Source: an uncultured Gammaproteobacteria bacterium
GTDB taxonomy: Bacteria > Patescibacteriota > Patescibacteriia > Magasanikbacterales > UBA922
Assembly: GCA_964447765.1 (NCBI GenBank)
Contig: CAYUTO010000002.1
Span: forward strand, 148,316 to 212,315
Direction: 5' to 3'
DNA length: 64,000 nt
This document shows, piece by piece, positions 5,935-14,622 of the stretch. How positions within the stretch are numbered: position 1 is the stretch's first letter; each line of letters opens with the position of its first letter. The notes under the pieces are model-generated. The model worked only from the letters and a program-made list of their open reading frames with translations, was not told the DNA's origin and ran no database searches. Both the position numbers and the translations under genes were made by a program.

Positions 5935-8205
5935 ATGTACAGCAATCGCAACTCCATCGTCGCGCTCGTCGCGACGACCCTACTCATGGGGCTCATGAGC
6001 ATCTCGGCGTGCGAAAAGCACGACGACGGCAGTACCACCATCGTCAACAAGGAGGACCTCGGCCCGCAAACCGAGGCAGGTGCGCTCGATCTCGGGTTCT
6101 GCTCGATCAACTGGGACCAGACGCACACGTGCGTCGAGCTCGACTGTCCGGCATTCGGCGTCGAGTTCGAGCTCTGCAACGGTGCACCGGGACAGGGCTG
6201 TACGCTCGGTGCCAAGGTCGGTACCTGTGCTCCGCTCACGTGCGGCTCGCAGACCGTCCAGGTCTGCGACGGACCTCCGGGTCCGCAGGGCGAAGTCGGA
6301 CCACAAGGTCCGGCGGGTGATGCTGGTGCAACCGGTGAAGTCGGTCCGCAAGGGGAAACAGGTCCCCAGGGTCCGGCAGGCGACGCAGGTGCTACGGGTG
6401 AGGTGGGTCCAGAGGGGCCACAGGGTGACACGGGTCCGCAAGGTCCGTCGGGTCACAACAGCCTCATCCGTCAGTCGCCCGCGGGCGCGAACTGCCCCTA
6501 CGGAGGCACGCTCATCGAGAGCGGTGTCGACGATGGGTATCCGAGTGGAACGGCGGACAACGGTGTCCTTGAGGCAGACGAGGTCGATCACTTCTCCTAC
6601 GTCTGCAACGGTGCGCCAGGCCAGAATGGCTTGAGCTACTCGTGCTCGATCGGCGAGCTCATCGGTGAGTGCCGCACGTTCTCGTGCGGTCCGACGACTG
6701 CAGATCGGATTCAGCAAGTGAGGTTCCAAGTCTGCAACGGTGAGACGGGTCCACAAGGTTCTCAGGGGCAGCAGGGTCAGGCTGGTGAAGACGGTACGAG
6801 CTACTCGTGCTGGTTCGGTGGCTATGACGGTCAGTGCCGCACGTTCTCGTGCGGTCCGGACATCGACATGGATTCGATGGATCAGGTGATCGACAACTCG
6901 ATCGAGATCTGCGACGGCGAAGATGGACAGGACGGCGACAGCTGCTCCGTCTCCAAAGAAGATGGCTGCGCGACGATCTCGTGCGGTCCGGAAGGTGAGA
7001 TGTCGCTTTCGTGGGAATCAGAAACGATTTGCGACGGCGATTCGTGCTACTTCGGTAGCGAAGATGTCAAAGTCATGACCCTGGTCGGGGGCACCGAGTG
7101 TGTGTCGCTCTGCTGCGGCGTGGGTAATGGCGCGCATTGCGTCGACATCTGCGACGGCGAGAACTGTTCGGTCAGTCCCAAGGAGGACGGCTGTGCAGAG
7201 GTCTGCTGCAGTGGCGACTGCGTCGACATCTGCGACGGCGCGCCCGGCGGCTGTCTGAACGACGGCGAGTGTGCGAACGAAACCTTGTGCGACGGTGTCG
7301 AAGTGTGTGATCAGGGCATCTGCAGGCCGGGTACGCCCGTCACCTGCAACAACAACAATGTATGCGATGGTACTGAGACCTGCAATCCGGGAACCGGAAC
7401 CTGCAGCTCGGGCACCTCGCTCACATGCACTCCCGATGACAACCCGTGCACCGATACGGTGTGCGACGCGGTCCTCGGGTGCACGCACGTGAACGACAAT
7501 ACAAACACGTGCCTCGATGGCAACGTCTGCAACGGTGCAGAGGTATGTATCGCGGGTGTGTGTACAGACCAGGCGGATCTGGTCTGTGTCGACGCCGATC
7601 TCTGCGACGGTACCGAGACTTGCAACCCTTCGACGGGATGCAGCGCCTCGGGAACGCCGCTCAATTGCGACGACAACGACATGTGCACCACGGACAGCTG
7701 TGTCTCCGCAACGGGATGCGCTCACGCTCCGGTGGTGTGCGACGACATCGATCCGAACACGACGGACTCGTGCAATCCTTCAACGGGATGCGTGCACACT
7801 CCGATCGCTGGGCCAGAGATGCTCACGATCAAGGTGACCATTCCCGCGCGCGGAAGCCCCTCGGCAACGCCGGCGGGTGATGTGCGCTTCATCTGGGGTT
7901 CGACCTTCAACGACGGGGCACATCCGGCAAATGCCGGGAACGCCTACACGGTGACCCGGTCGATCGAGAAGTCGCAGGCCTGCCTCTGGGGCGTCGACAT
8001 CACGGTCGCCAATCCCGGCACCTCGCTCTTCTGGGACTGCCCCCTCAACGGCAATCCCGGTACGAAGTTCGATCCGAATCGTCTCCAGACGTGGGTCAAC
8101 AACGTCGAGAAGGTGGGTGTCCCGAAGCAGGACGGCAGCCAGTGCAGCGGCCAGGGTCCAGGTAATCTGTACCTCTCGCCCGCACAGCTCGGCTGTACGC
8201 CCTGA
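5935..8205 (+). CDS. High-GC secreted lipoprotein (family member 4). It has lipobox MSISAC, collagen-like G-X-Y tracts ([31 protein letters not shown]...), ICDG[EDA] Cys repeats, the same CxDxNxC Cys-rich repeats as gene 3, and the conserved C-terminal family domain.
   Basis: The ATG at 5935 is preceded by AAGGAAG at -8. The C-terminus reads ...[10 protein letters not shown]...WDCPLNG...VNN...NLYL...LGCTP. Several 20-40-nt stretches are near-identical to gene 3. Confidence 0.8.
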   Translation: MYSNRNSIVALVATTLLMGLMSISACEKHDDGSTTIVNKEDLGPQTEAGALDLGFCSINWDQTHTCVELDCPAFGVEFELCNGAPGQGCTLGAKVGTCAPLTCGSQTVQVCDGPPGPQGEVGPQGPAGDAGATGEVGPQGETGPQGPAGDAGATGEVGPEGPQGDTGPQGPSGHNSLIRQSPAGANCPYGGTLIESGVDDGYPSGTADNGVLEADEVDHFSYVCNGAPGQNGLSYSCSIGELIGECRTFSCGPTTADRIQQVRFQVCNGETGPQGSQGQQGQAGEDGTSYSCWFGGYDGQCRTFSCGPDIDMDSMDQVIDNSIEICDGEDGQDGDSCSVSKEDGCATISCGPEGEMSLSWESETICDGDSCYFGSEDVKVMTLVGGTECVSLCCGVGNGAHCVDICDGENCSVSPKEDGCAEVCCSGDCVDICDGAPGGCLNDGECANETLCDGVEVCDQGICRPGTPVTCNNNNVCDGTETCNPGTGTCSSGTSLTCTPDDNPCTDTVCDAVLGCTHVNDNTNTCLDGNVCNGAEVCIAGVCTDQADLVCVDADLCDGTETCNPSTGCSASGTPLNCDDNDMCTTDSCVSATGCAHAPVVCDDIDPNTTDSCNPSTGCVHTPIAGPEMLTIKVTIPARGSPSATPAGDVRFIWGSTFNDGAHPANAGNAYTVTRSIEKSQACLWGVDITVANPGTSLFWDCPLNGNPGTKFDPNRLQTWVNNVEKVGVPKQDGSQCSGQGPGNLYLSPAQLGCTP

Positions 8206-8228
8206 GCTAGCTCGGTAGTTCTTTCAGG

Positions 8229-8428
8229 ACCTCTCCTGCCCCGGCAGGAGACACCACGAAGCGATGTATGATTCGCTTCAGTAGGTGACGTTCGACGACG
8301 ATCATACAACAACCCGGGGAAGTGCGCGTGCTACGGCACCCGCTTCCCCCTCTCTACTCTGAATTCAAATACTTTTGAAGATAGAGTAAAGAATAACAAA
8401 AAACTCCTGATTATTTCAGGAGTTTTTT
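8229..8428 (+). repeat. Copy B of the ~200-bp structured 3' element. It starts 23 nt after the gene-4 stop.
   Basis: It is near-identical to 5444-5646. The terminator loop differs (ttattt versus gaatat) but the stem is preserved. Confidence 0.7.
8398..8428. terminator. Bidirectional Rho-independent terminator: A6, ctcctga-loop-tcaggag, T6. It forms the end of repeat copy B.
   Basis: The stem-loop is flanked by A and T runs. Confidence 0.7.
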
Positions 8429-8489
8429 GTTTTATGAAGATTAATACTGTTTCAAAATATTCTGTTTAGAACAAGCCTATGATATACTT

Positions 8490-9578
8490 ATGTGGAATTT
8501 TATGAAGAAAATACATGTCGTGCATATCATTCCCAAGCTTGGTTTCGGTGGAGCCGAGCGTTTTGTGGTTGAACTTGCGAAGCATGTGTCATCCAAAAAT
8601 ATTCGTCAGTCAATTATTACGCTGTGGGACGATCGTCCGTTGATGGGGGAATTACCTGATTCAGTTTCGTGTACCGTATTTCCTTTTGACCGTATCGGAT
8701 ATGCACATCGAATTCCGAAGCTCGCGACAGTACTTCGAGAAATGCAGGCTGATGTCGTACATACACATCTTTTTAGTGCAGATCTGTGGGGAAGGCTTGC
8801 AGCGAAGTCACTGGAGATTCCCGTAGTTACCACCGAACATAATATCAATGTGGGAGAATCGTGGCTCTGGGGAAGAATCAAGCGTGCAATGAAAAAATAT
8901 TCTCGCGTGTACACAGCGCCGTCAAGTGCTGTCCGAGAATATATGAATTCGACATATGGTATTGCAGTTGAAAATACTCGAGTGATTATGCATGGCATCG
9001 AATTAGAACATTTTATCAAAATAAAACCTGCAACTTTTGCTTCACCATACAAGCTACTCATGATGGGAAGAGTCGTAGAGCAAAAAGGGCATTCAATTGC
9101 GCTTGAGGCATTACAAAAAATTACAGACATTCCGTGTACACTTACGATGGTGGGCGATGGAGAAAAAAAAGAATCGCTCATGCGCTATGCGAAAGAATTG
9201 GGAGTGAGTGATCGAGTGATATGGAAACCAGCCATCGAGAATGTTGCTGCCGAATATGCGGCGGCAGACATCGTGCTTGTTCCTTCACGATGGGAAGGGT
9301 TGGGAATCGTCGTGCTTGAAGCGCTCGCAAGTGAAAGACTAGTGATCGCGTCTGAGGTCGGAGGAATTCCTGAAATTATTACTGATCGCGAAAACGGCCG
9401 ATTGATTCCTGTGGAAAATAGCGAGGCACTTGCAGGTGCAATTCGTGCAAGTGTGGAAAATCAATTAGCTACAAAAAAAATTGCAAAGCAAGGTCGTGCT
9501 TGGGTAAAAGAACGAGGAAGTGTAGTGCGTATGGCTGAAGCATATGAAGCCTTGTATCAAGAAGTAGTGAAAAAATAA
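8490..9578 (+). CDS. Glycosyltransferase family 4 (GT-B fold).
   Basis: N-terminus HVVHIIPKLGFGGAERFVVELAKH. C-terminal EGLGIVVLEALASERLVIASEVGGIPEII matches the GT4 E-x7-E nucleotide-sugar-binding motif. Confidence 0.75.
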   Translation: MWNFMKKIHVVHIIPKLGFGGAERFVVELAKHVSSKNIRQSIITLWDDRPLMGELPDSVSCTVFPFDRIGYAHRIPKLATVLREMQADVVHTHLFSADLWGRLAAKSLEIPVVTTEHNINVGESWLWGRIKRAMKKYSRVYTAPSSAVREYMNSTYGIAVENTRVIMHGIELEHFIKIKPATFASPYKLLMMGRVVEQKGHSIALEALQKITDIPCTLTMVGDGEKKESLMRYAKELGVSDRVIWKPAIENVAAEYAAADIVLVPSRWEGLGIVVLEALASERLVIASEVGGIPEIITDRENGRLIPVENSEALAGAIRASVENQLATKKIAKQGRAWVKERGSVVRMAEAYEALYQEVVKK

Positions 9579-9585
9579 TCTACGT

Positions 9586-11061
9586 ATGGCAGAAGCGCAA
9601 ACTTCAAAACTTACTTGGTTTCTCGGTGTATCAGCATTCATGGGCGCGCTTATTTTTGCGATCATGTTGAAGGGAAATATGATGGTTGCGGCTATACTTG
9701 GATTTTTGATCATTTTATTTTTTTCCTATCATTTGGAAATTGGTTTGTACATATTACTCATTCTCTATCCACTTATCGGATGGGAATTTCATGCGAATAT
9801 TTTTCGGGGGCTACTCGGATCGAGCTCTACGGTGCTTGAATTTTATGCGCCCATGGTCGATGTGTGGGCACTGCTTATGGTCGGCGCATATGTCTTCTAT
9901 TTGATTCGCAAATGGCTGTATGGAGAGAAGCATCGGATTTACCTCCCCGAATTTGGATGGTATGCATTATTTATTTTATCAGCATTGCTGTCTCTCACAA
10001 ATGTTGCAGGGTGGGAATTACAAACAAGTGTTTCCTATATTGTCCGGTTCCTATTATTTGTTTATTTAGTATATGTAGTACTCGGCGCAAATATCATACG
10101 TACCAAAAAAATATTGCATCGGGCATTTGAAGTGGTCGTATGGATTAGTGTGCTTGGTGCAGTATTAGGACTTCTCTCATTTGCGATTGGTCCGGGGCGT
10201 GGAGTGATGCGTGCAGTTCCAATTTCCGTATTTGGGTGGCAACCATTCAATTATGATACCGCGAGTGGACATATTCTTCTGGCTGAAGTCTTGGTGGTGG
10301 CATTTCCGATTGCGATATATCTCGCATTGAGGGCGCAGACTGATGCACGAAAAATTGCATATACGATCGCGAGTGTGATTTGTGGAGTAACTGCATTTCT
10401 TACTTTTTCTCGGGCAAGCTGGCTCGCGCTCATAGTGCAGGGAATGTTGGCACTCTATATATTTCGTTCGCAGATCAAATGGAAAAAAATCAGAGGATAT
10501 TTTTTCACGTCGCTGTTATTCTTGATTCCAGCAGGAGCGTACATGGTGTTGCTTTTGCAGAGTGCAGTCGTTTCATCTTCTAATAGTACACGTATTACTC
10601 TCACTGAAGTTGCATGGAGTTTTTTTCTCGAACATCCATTCGTGGGACAGGGGGTCGGAACATTTGTAGAGAGACTGCGTGAGGTTCATTATTTTACCTA
10701 TGAATTTGGTGATCCGATTGATGCACATAGTATCCTTATGAAAATTCTTGCCGAGCAAGGAATACTCGGAGTTGCTACCTTTGGATTGTTTATTGGATTG
10801 TTATTATTTTCAATATATAAGCGAACAGTCGCCAAGGAATATAGTGCCGAAGCTCGTGGAGTGGCACGGCTGTGTTTGTTTTTAATTATGGTGCCATTAT
10901 TTTTTCAAATGTTTAATACACAATATTATTCGGCGCGTATGTGGGTACCGTTTATGCTTGCGATTGCGGCACATCTCCTGTATCGCCATGAACATGAGGG
11001 TGATGCATTCTACACACATTTCCGTCCGAATAAATACAAGATTGATACTGACGTTACCTAA
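9586..11061 (+). CDS. O-antigen ligase / Wzy_C-domain polytopic membrane protein.
   Basis: It has about 12 predicted TM helices. A periplasmic-loop motif FSRASWLALIVQG is typical of O-antigen ligase/polymerase-family proteins. Confidence 0.6.
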   Translation: MAEAQTSKLTWFLGVSAFMGALIFAIMLKGNMMVAAILGFLIILFFSYHLEIGLYILLILYPLIGWEFHANIFRGLLGSSSTVLEFYAPMVDVWALLMVGAYVFYLIRKWLYGEKHRIYLPEFGWYALFILSALLSLTNVAGWELQTSVSYIVRFLLFVYLVYVVLGANIIRTKKILHRAFEVVVWISVLGAVLGLLSFAIGPGRGVMRAVPISVFGWQPFNYDTASGHILLAEVLVVAFPIAIYLALRAQTDARKIAYTIASVICGVTAFLTFSRASWLALIVQGMLALYIFRSQIKWKKIRGYFFTSLLFLIPAGAYMVLLLQSAVVSSSNSTRITLTEVAWSFFLEHPFVGQGVGTFVERLREVHYFTYEFGDPIDAHSILMKILAEQGILGVATFGLFIGLLLFSIYKRTVAKEYSAEARGVARLCLFLIMVPLFFQMFNTQYYSARMWVPFMLAIAAHLLYRHEHEGDAFYTHFRPNKYKIDTDVT

Positions 11062-11066
11062 ACTAT

Positions 11067-12143
11067 ATGATGACTATCGTACAGATTATTCCTCGATTAT
11101 ATCCTGGTGGTGCCGAGCGCCTAGTCTTGCAATACGCAGAAGAATTCAGCTCGCGCGATTGTTCGGTTCATGTGATGAGTAGTGTGGGTGATGGCGCACT
11201 TCGTCCGTTGTTTGAGAGTACAGAAGCAGAACTCATTGTAGGTAGTCGTGAGGAGTATGGGGGACGATGGGGTGTGTGGAAATTTTTAAAAAAAGAATTG
11301 CAGCGAATTCAGCCAGATATCGTACATACTCATCTGATGGGTGGAGACATGATTGGATATCTATGGAAACGTATATCGCCTCAAACTATCTGGATTTCGA
11401 CTGCGCATAATGTAGAATTTCATACGCCTTGGATCAAACGAATTGCGTGGAAAATATTTTTGAAAAAAGTAGATGTGGTGATTGCAGTGTCTGACGCAGT
11501 AGCATCGTACTCTCATGAAGAGTTTGGTGTTCCAAAAGAAAAGATCCAGACCATTTATAATGGTGTAGAAGTAGGGAAGTGGAAAAAAATTCCGGCAAAA
11601 AAATTTGACCCTAGCACACCTTCATTCGCAACCATTGGAAGATTGGAAGAACAAAAAGGACATATATTCGCGCTTCGTGCACTTGCAGAATTACAATCGT
11701 TGCCATGGACCTATCATGTATATGGAGATGGAAGTTTGCTTAGTATGTTACAATACACTGCTCAGGCATTGGGTATTGCCAATCGTATTGTCTGGCACGG
11801 GAATCAGAGTGATATGGTAAGTGCTTTGAAAGATATTGATGTAGTGGTACAGCCGTCCTTGTGGGAAGGAATGAGTCTCGTGGTACTCGAATCAATGGCG
11901 GCAGGACGCACCGTGATTGCAAGTACTGCAGCAGGGGGAGGAATTATTGAACATGGGCATACGGGATTTTTATTTGAAACAGCTAATACGAAAGAATTAG
12001 TACGTACATTCCGAGGTTTATTGGAAAATCCAACAGATGTTGCTCAGGTTGCAAAGCAAGCACGTGCTTATGCAGAAAAAAATTTTGATATGAAAGATCA
12101 TTATCGTGCGGTAAAAAATCTTTATTCATCGCTTGTGTCATAA
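11067..12143 (+). CDS. Glycosyltransferase family 4.
   Basis: EGMSLVVLESMAAGRTVIAS...IEHGHTGFLF matches the GT4 C-terminal motif. Size is 358 aa. Confidence 0.75.
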   Translation: MMTIVQIIPRLYPGGAERLVLQYAEEFSSRDCSVHVMSSVGDGALRPLFESTEAELIVGSREEYGGRWGVWKFLKKELQRIQPDIVHTHLMGGDMIGYLWKRISPQTIWISTAHNVEFHTPWIKRIAWKIFLKKVDVVIAVSDAVASYSHEEFGVPKEKIQTIYNGVEVGKWKKIPAKKFDPSTPSFATIGRLEEQKGHIFALRALAELQSLPWTYHVYGDGSLLSMLQYTAQALGIANRIVWHGNQSDMVSALKDIDVVVQPSLWEGMSLVVLESMAAGRTVIASTAAGGGIIEHGHTGFLFETANTKELVRTFRGLLENPTDVAQVAKQARAYAEKNFDMKDHYRAVKNLYSSLVS

Positions 12144-12146
12144 GGT

Positions 12147-14156
12147 ATGGTGCCTGTTCGTCGGCTACAATGCATGGTGTATACACTACTAGTGGTTTTT
12201 TGCACTACCTTTTTTCAGATACCGGTACACGCAAATACTGCTCCCAAAAAAGCGAATTATTTTTTGAAATGGAGTATTACTGATTTTGAAATGCAAGAAC
12301 TTGCAAAATGGGATTTGCTTGTTCTTGATATGGAAAATCAAATAACCAATCCATCGAAATTAAAAAAAATCAGAGAATTAAATCCAGATATTATTATACT
12401 TGCGTATATCACGTCGCAAGAAATTCGCGTAGATGCACGCGGGGGTCCAGGTGTGATGCGCGATCGTCTCGCACGGGGAATTCCTGAACAATGGCATCTT
12501 ACTAATAGTAAAAATGTACCCTTTAGCTTTTGGCCGGGCACACATATGCTTAATGTGACCAATTACGCGCCCGTCGTTGAAGGAAGACGGTTCAATGAAT
12601 ATTTGGCTGACTTTGTGGCTTCAGAAGTGATTTCAAGCGGTTTGTGGGACGGAGTGTTTTATGACAACGCATGGAAAGATGTATCATGGTTTACGGGTAC
12701 TGATGTGGATTATGATCGAAGCAACTCTCCTGATGGAAGTGTGGATGCAAAATGGTATGAAGGAATGATCTCGTTGTATGGATATACTCGAGCAAAGGTA
12801 GCGAGTAATATTATTATTGTGGGAAATGGACACACCGAAGGATATGTTGAAGCACTCAATGGGAAGATGATAGAAAATTTTGAGGAACATCGGTGGAAGG
12901 ATGTGATGCGGACGTATGCCTTGAATCAGAGTGCAAAACATCGACCTACCGTGAATATTATCAATTCAAACACGGGAAATGTGGAGAATTCCTACAACTA
13001 TCGGGCAATGCGTTTTGGGCTCACGAGCGCTCTATTAGAAGATGGATATTATTCATTTGATTATGGTGACGAGGATCATGCACGCACCTGGTATTATGAT
13101 GAATATGATGTGTCTTTGGGTAATGCACTCGGTAAATCAAGTTCGCGAAGTGGTGCGACTGAATATACTGAAGATGTGTGGTCGCGGAATTTTGAAAATG
13201 GGATCGCTGTCGTGAATAGCACCAATGAAGTGAGAACTGTCTCACTGAATGGCGAGTATGAAAAAATTCATGGACTACAAGATTCAAAAGTAAATGATGG
13301 ATCAATTGTATCTGAAGTAACACTTGCTCCAAAAGATGGTTTGGTACTTCTAAAAACGTTTGAAACATTGAAGAAAGTAGTATTTACCAATGGTTTTTTT
13401 GCTCGTTTTTTCAAGCCTACCGGAGAGCGCGCGAGAAATGGTATGTTTGTGTTCGAAGAAGGTCAGGAGGGTGGTTCGCAAATTGCACATCTTGATCTTG
13501 ATTTTAATAACAAAGAAGAATTAATTATTGTAGATAATAATAAGATTTTTGCCTGGAGAGATGATGATCAGCCCTTATTCAAAATATATCCGTATGGCGC
13601 GAATTACACAGGCTCACTGCAGGTGGCGGTAGGTGATCTGAATAATGATGGTTTTTACGAGATCTATGTAGCGCCAAGTGCTGGATTCAAAGAACCAATT
13701 CGTGCGTACAATCGTCATGGTGATGTAGTAGTACCTGAATTTTTTCCGTTTGGAAAAAATTATACGGGCGGGTATCGTGTGGCACTTACTAAAGCGGGAG
13801 AAAAAACACCGTCACGTTTGATTATTGGATCAGGTACGGGAGTCGCCCCAACGATTACATTGTTTGAATACGGATTCAAAAAAATACGAAGTTTTGCAGC
13901 ATTTGAATCAGGATTCCGTGGTGGAGTGAGTGTGGCTGCAGGAGATGTTGATGGAGATGGAGTACAAGAAATTATTGCAGGAAAAGGGGCTGGTGGCACC
14001 CCAACCGTTCGTATATTTTCACTGGATGGAAAAGAAAAATACAAATCATTCAATGCGTATACCACGCTCTTCAAACCAGGGGTAGATGTCCGAACACTTG
14101 ATATTGATTTTGACGGAGTGGATGAAATTATGACGTTGTCGGAGAGTGCTTTGTAA
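12147..14156 (+). CDS. Secreted protein with an N-terminal TIM-barrel-like putative glycoside-hydrolase-like domain and C-terminal FG-GAP / integrin-alpha-type propeller repeats.
   Basis: It has a signal-peptide-like N-terminus. Repeats include DLNNDGFYEIYVAPSAG, GDVDGDGVQEIIAGKGAGG and IDFDGVDEI. The hydrolase assignment (WDGVFYDNAW region) is weak. The start could be the ATG at 12174. Confidence 0.5.
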   Translation: MVPVRRLQCMVYTLLVVFCTTFFQIPVHANTAPKKANYFLKWSITDFEMQELAKWDLLVLDMENQITNPSKLKKIRELNPDIIILAYITSQEIRVDARGGPGVMRDRLARGIPEQWHLTNSKNVPFSFWPGTHMLNVTNYAPVVEGRRFNEYLADFVASEVISSGLWDGVFYDNAWKDVSWFTGTDVDYDRSNSPDGSVDAKWYEGMISLYGYTRAKVASNIIIVGNGHTEGYVEALNGKMIENFEEHRWKDVMRTYALNQSAKHRPTVNIINSNTGNVENSYNYRAMRFGLTSALLEDGYYSFDYGDEDHARTWYYDEYDVSLGNALGKSSSRSGATEYTEDVWSRNFENGIAVVNSTNEVRTVSLNGEYEKIHGLQDSKVNDGSIVSEVTLAPKDGLVLLKTFETLKKVVFTNGFFARFFKPTGERARNGMFVFEEGQEGGSQIAHLDLDFNNKEELIIVDNNKIFAWRDDDQPLFKIYPYGANYTGSLQVAVGDLNNDGFYEIYVAPSAGFKEPIRAYNRHGDVVVPEFFPFGKNYTGGYRVALTKAGEKTPSRLIIGSGTGVAPTITLFEYGFKKIRSFAAFESGFRGGVSVAAGDVDGDGVQEIIAGKGAGGTPTVRIFSLDGKEKYKSFNAYTTLFKPGVDVRTLDIDFDGVDEIMTLSESAL

Positions 14157-14214
14157 AGTAAAAGCTTAAAACGCAAAAGTAAAAAGATTAATTCAAATAC
14201 AATTCATTATTCCT

Positions 14215-14583
14215 ATGGAGGGAAGTATAAAAATAGTTTCAGTTAAGGAGCGGGCATATTTTTTCTGCCTTAAGCTTATTAAATTTGTTGATTCATTGAA
14301 TTCAAGAGATATGATGACTCAAATTATCGTGAAACAGGTATTAAGAAGTGGAACTAGTATTGGAGCAAATATTGTTGAAGCGCAGGCAGGAAGTTCAAAA
14401 AAAGATTTTGCCAATTTTTATGCCCATGCACTTAAGTCTGCAAATGAAACAAAATTCTGGATTGGATTACTCAGAGATTCGCATAAATCAGATAGAGAAG
14501 TTGCAAATAATTTATTGAATGAAACAAGAGAGATTGCCAATATTCTAGGTTCAAGTATACTAACACTCAAAAGGAAGAAATGA
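14215..14583 (+). CDS. Four-helix-bundle protein (the family found in 23S rRNA intervening sequences).
   Basis: QVLRSGTSIGANIVEAQAGSSKKDFANFYAHALKSANETKFWIGLL matches the hallmark ..RSATSIGANIAEG... / FI.FL.IA.GS..E core of this family. Confidence 0.75.
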   Translation: MEGSIKIVSVKERAYFFCLKLIKFVDSLNSRDMMTQIIVKQVLRSGTSIGANIVEAQAGSSKKDFANFYAHALKSANETKFWIGLLRDSHKSDREVANNLLNETREIANILGSSILTLKRKK

Positions 14584-14622
14584 TCTTTCTTTTGCCTTTT
14601 GCGCTTTTACTTTTGACTCTAT

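Noticed and set aside
5300-8428. Diversity-generating retroelement (variable C-terminal region plus 3' hairpin reminiscent of a DGR target with IMH/cruciform)
   Set aside because: No reverse transcriptase or template repeat is present in the window. The differences between paralog C-termini are not adenine-specific. The duplicated element is non-coding and downstream of the stop, not a template-repeat copy of a variable region.
5444-8428. Integron-like cassette array (ORF plus structured imperfect-palindrome site) or a MITE
   Set aside because: Each gene has its own promoter. There is no integrase. The element ends lack attC core sites (GTTRRRY) and clear terminal inverted repeats or target-site duplications. 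Only two copies are visible.
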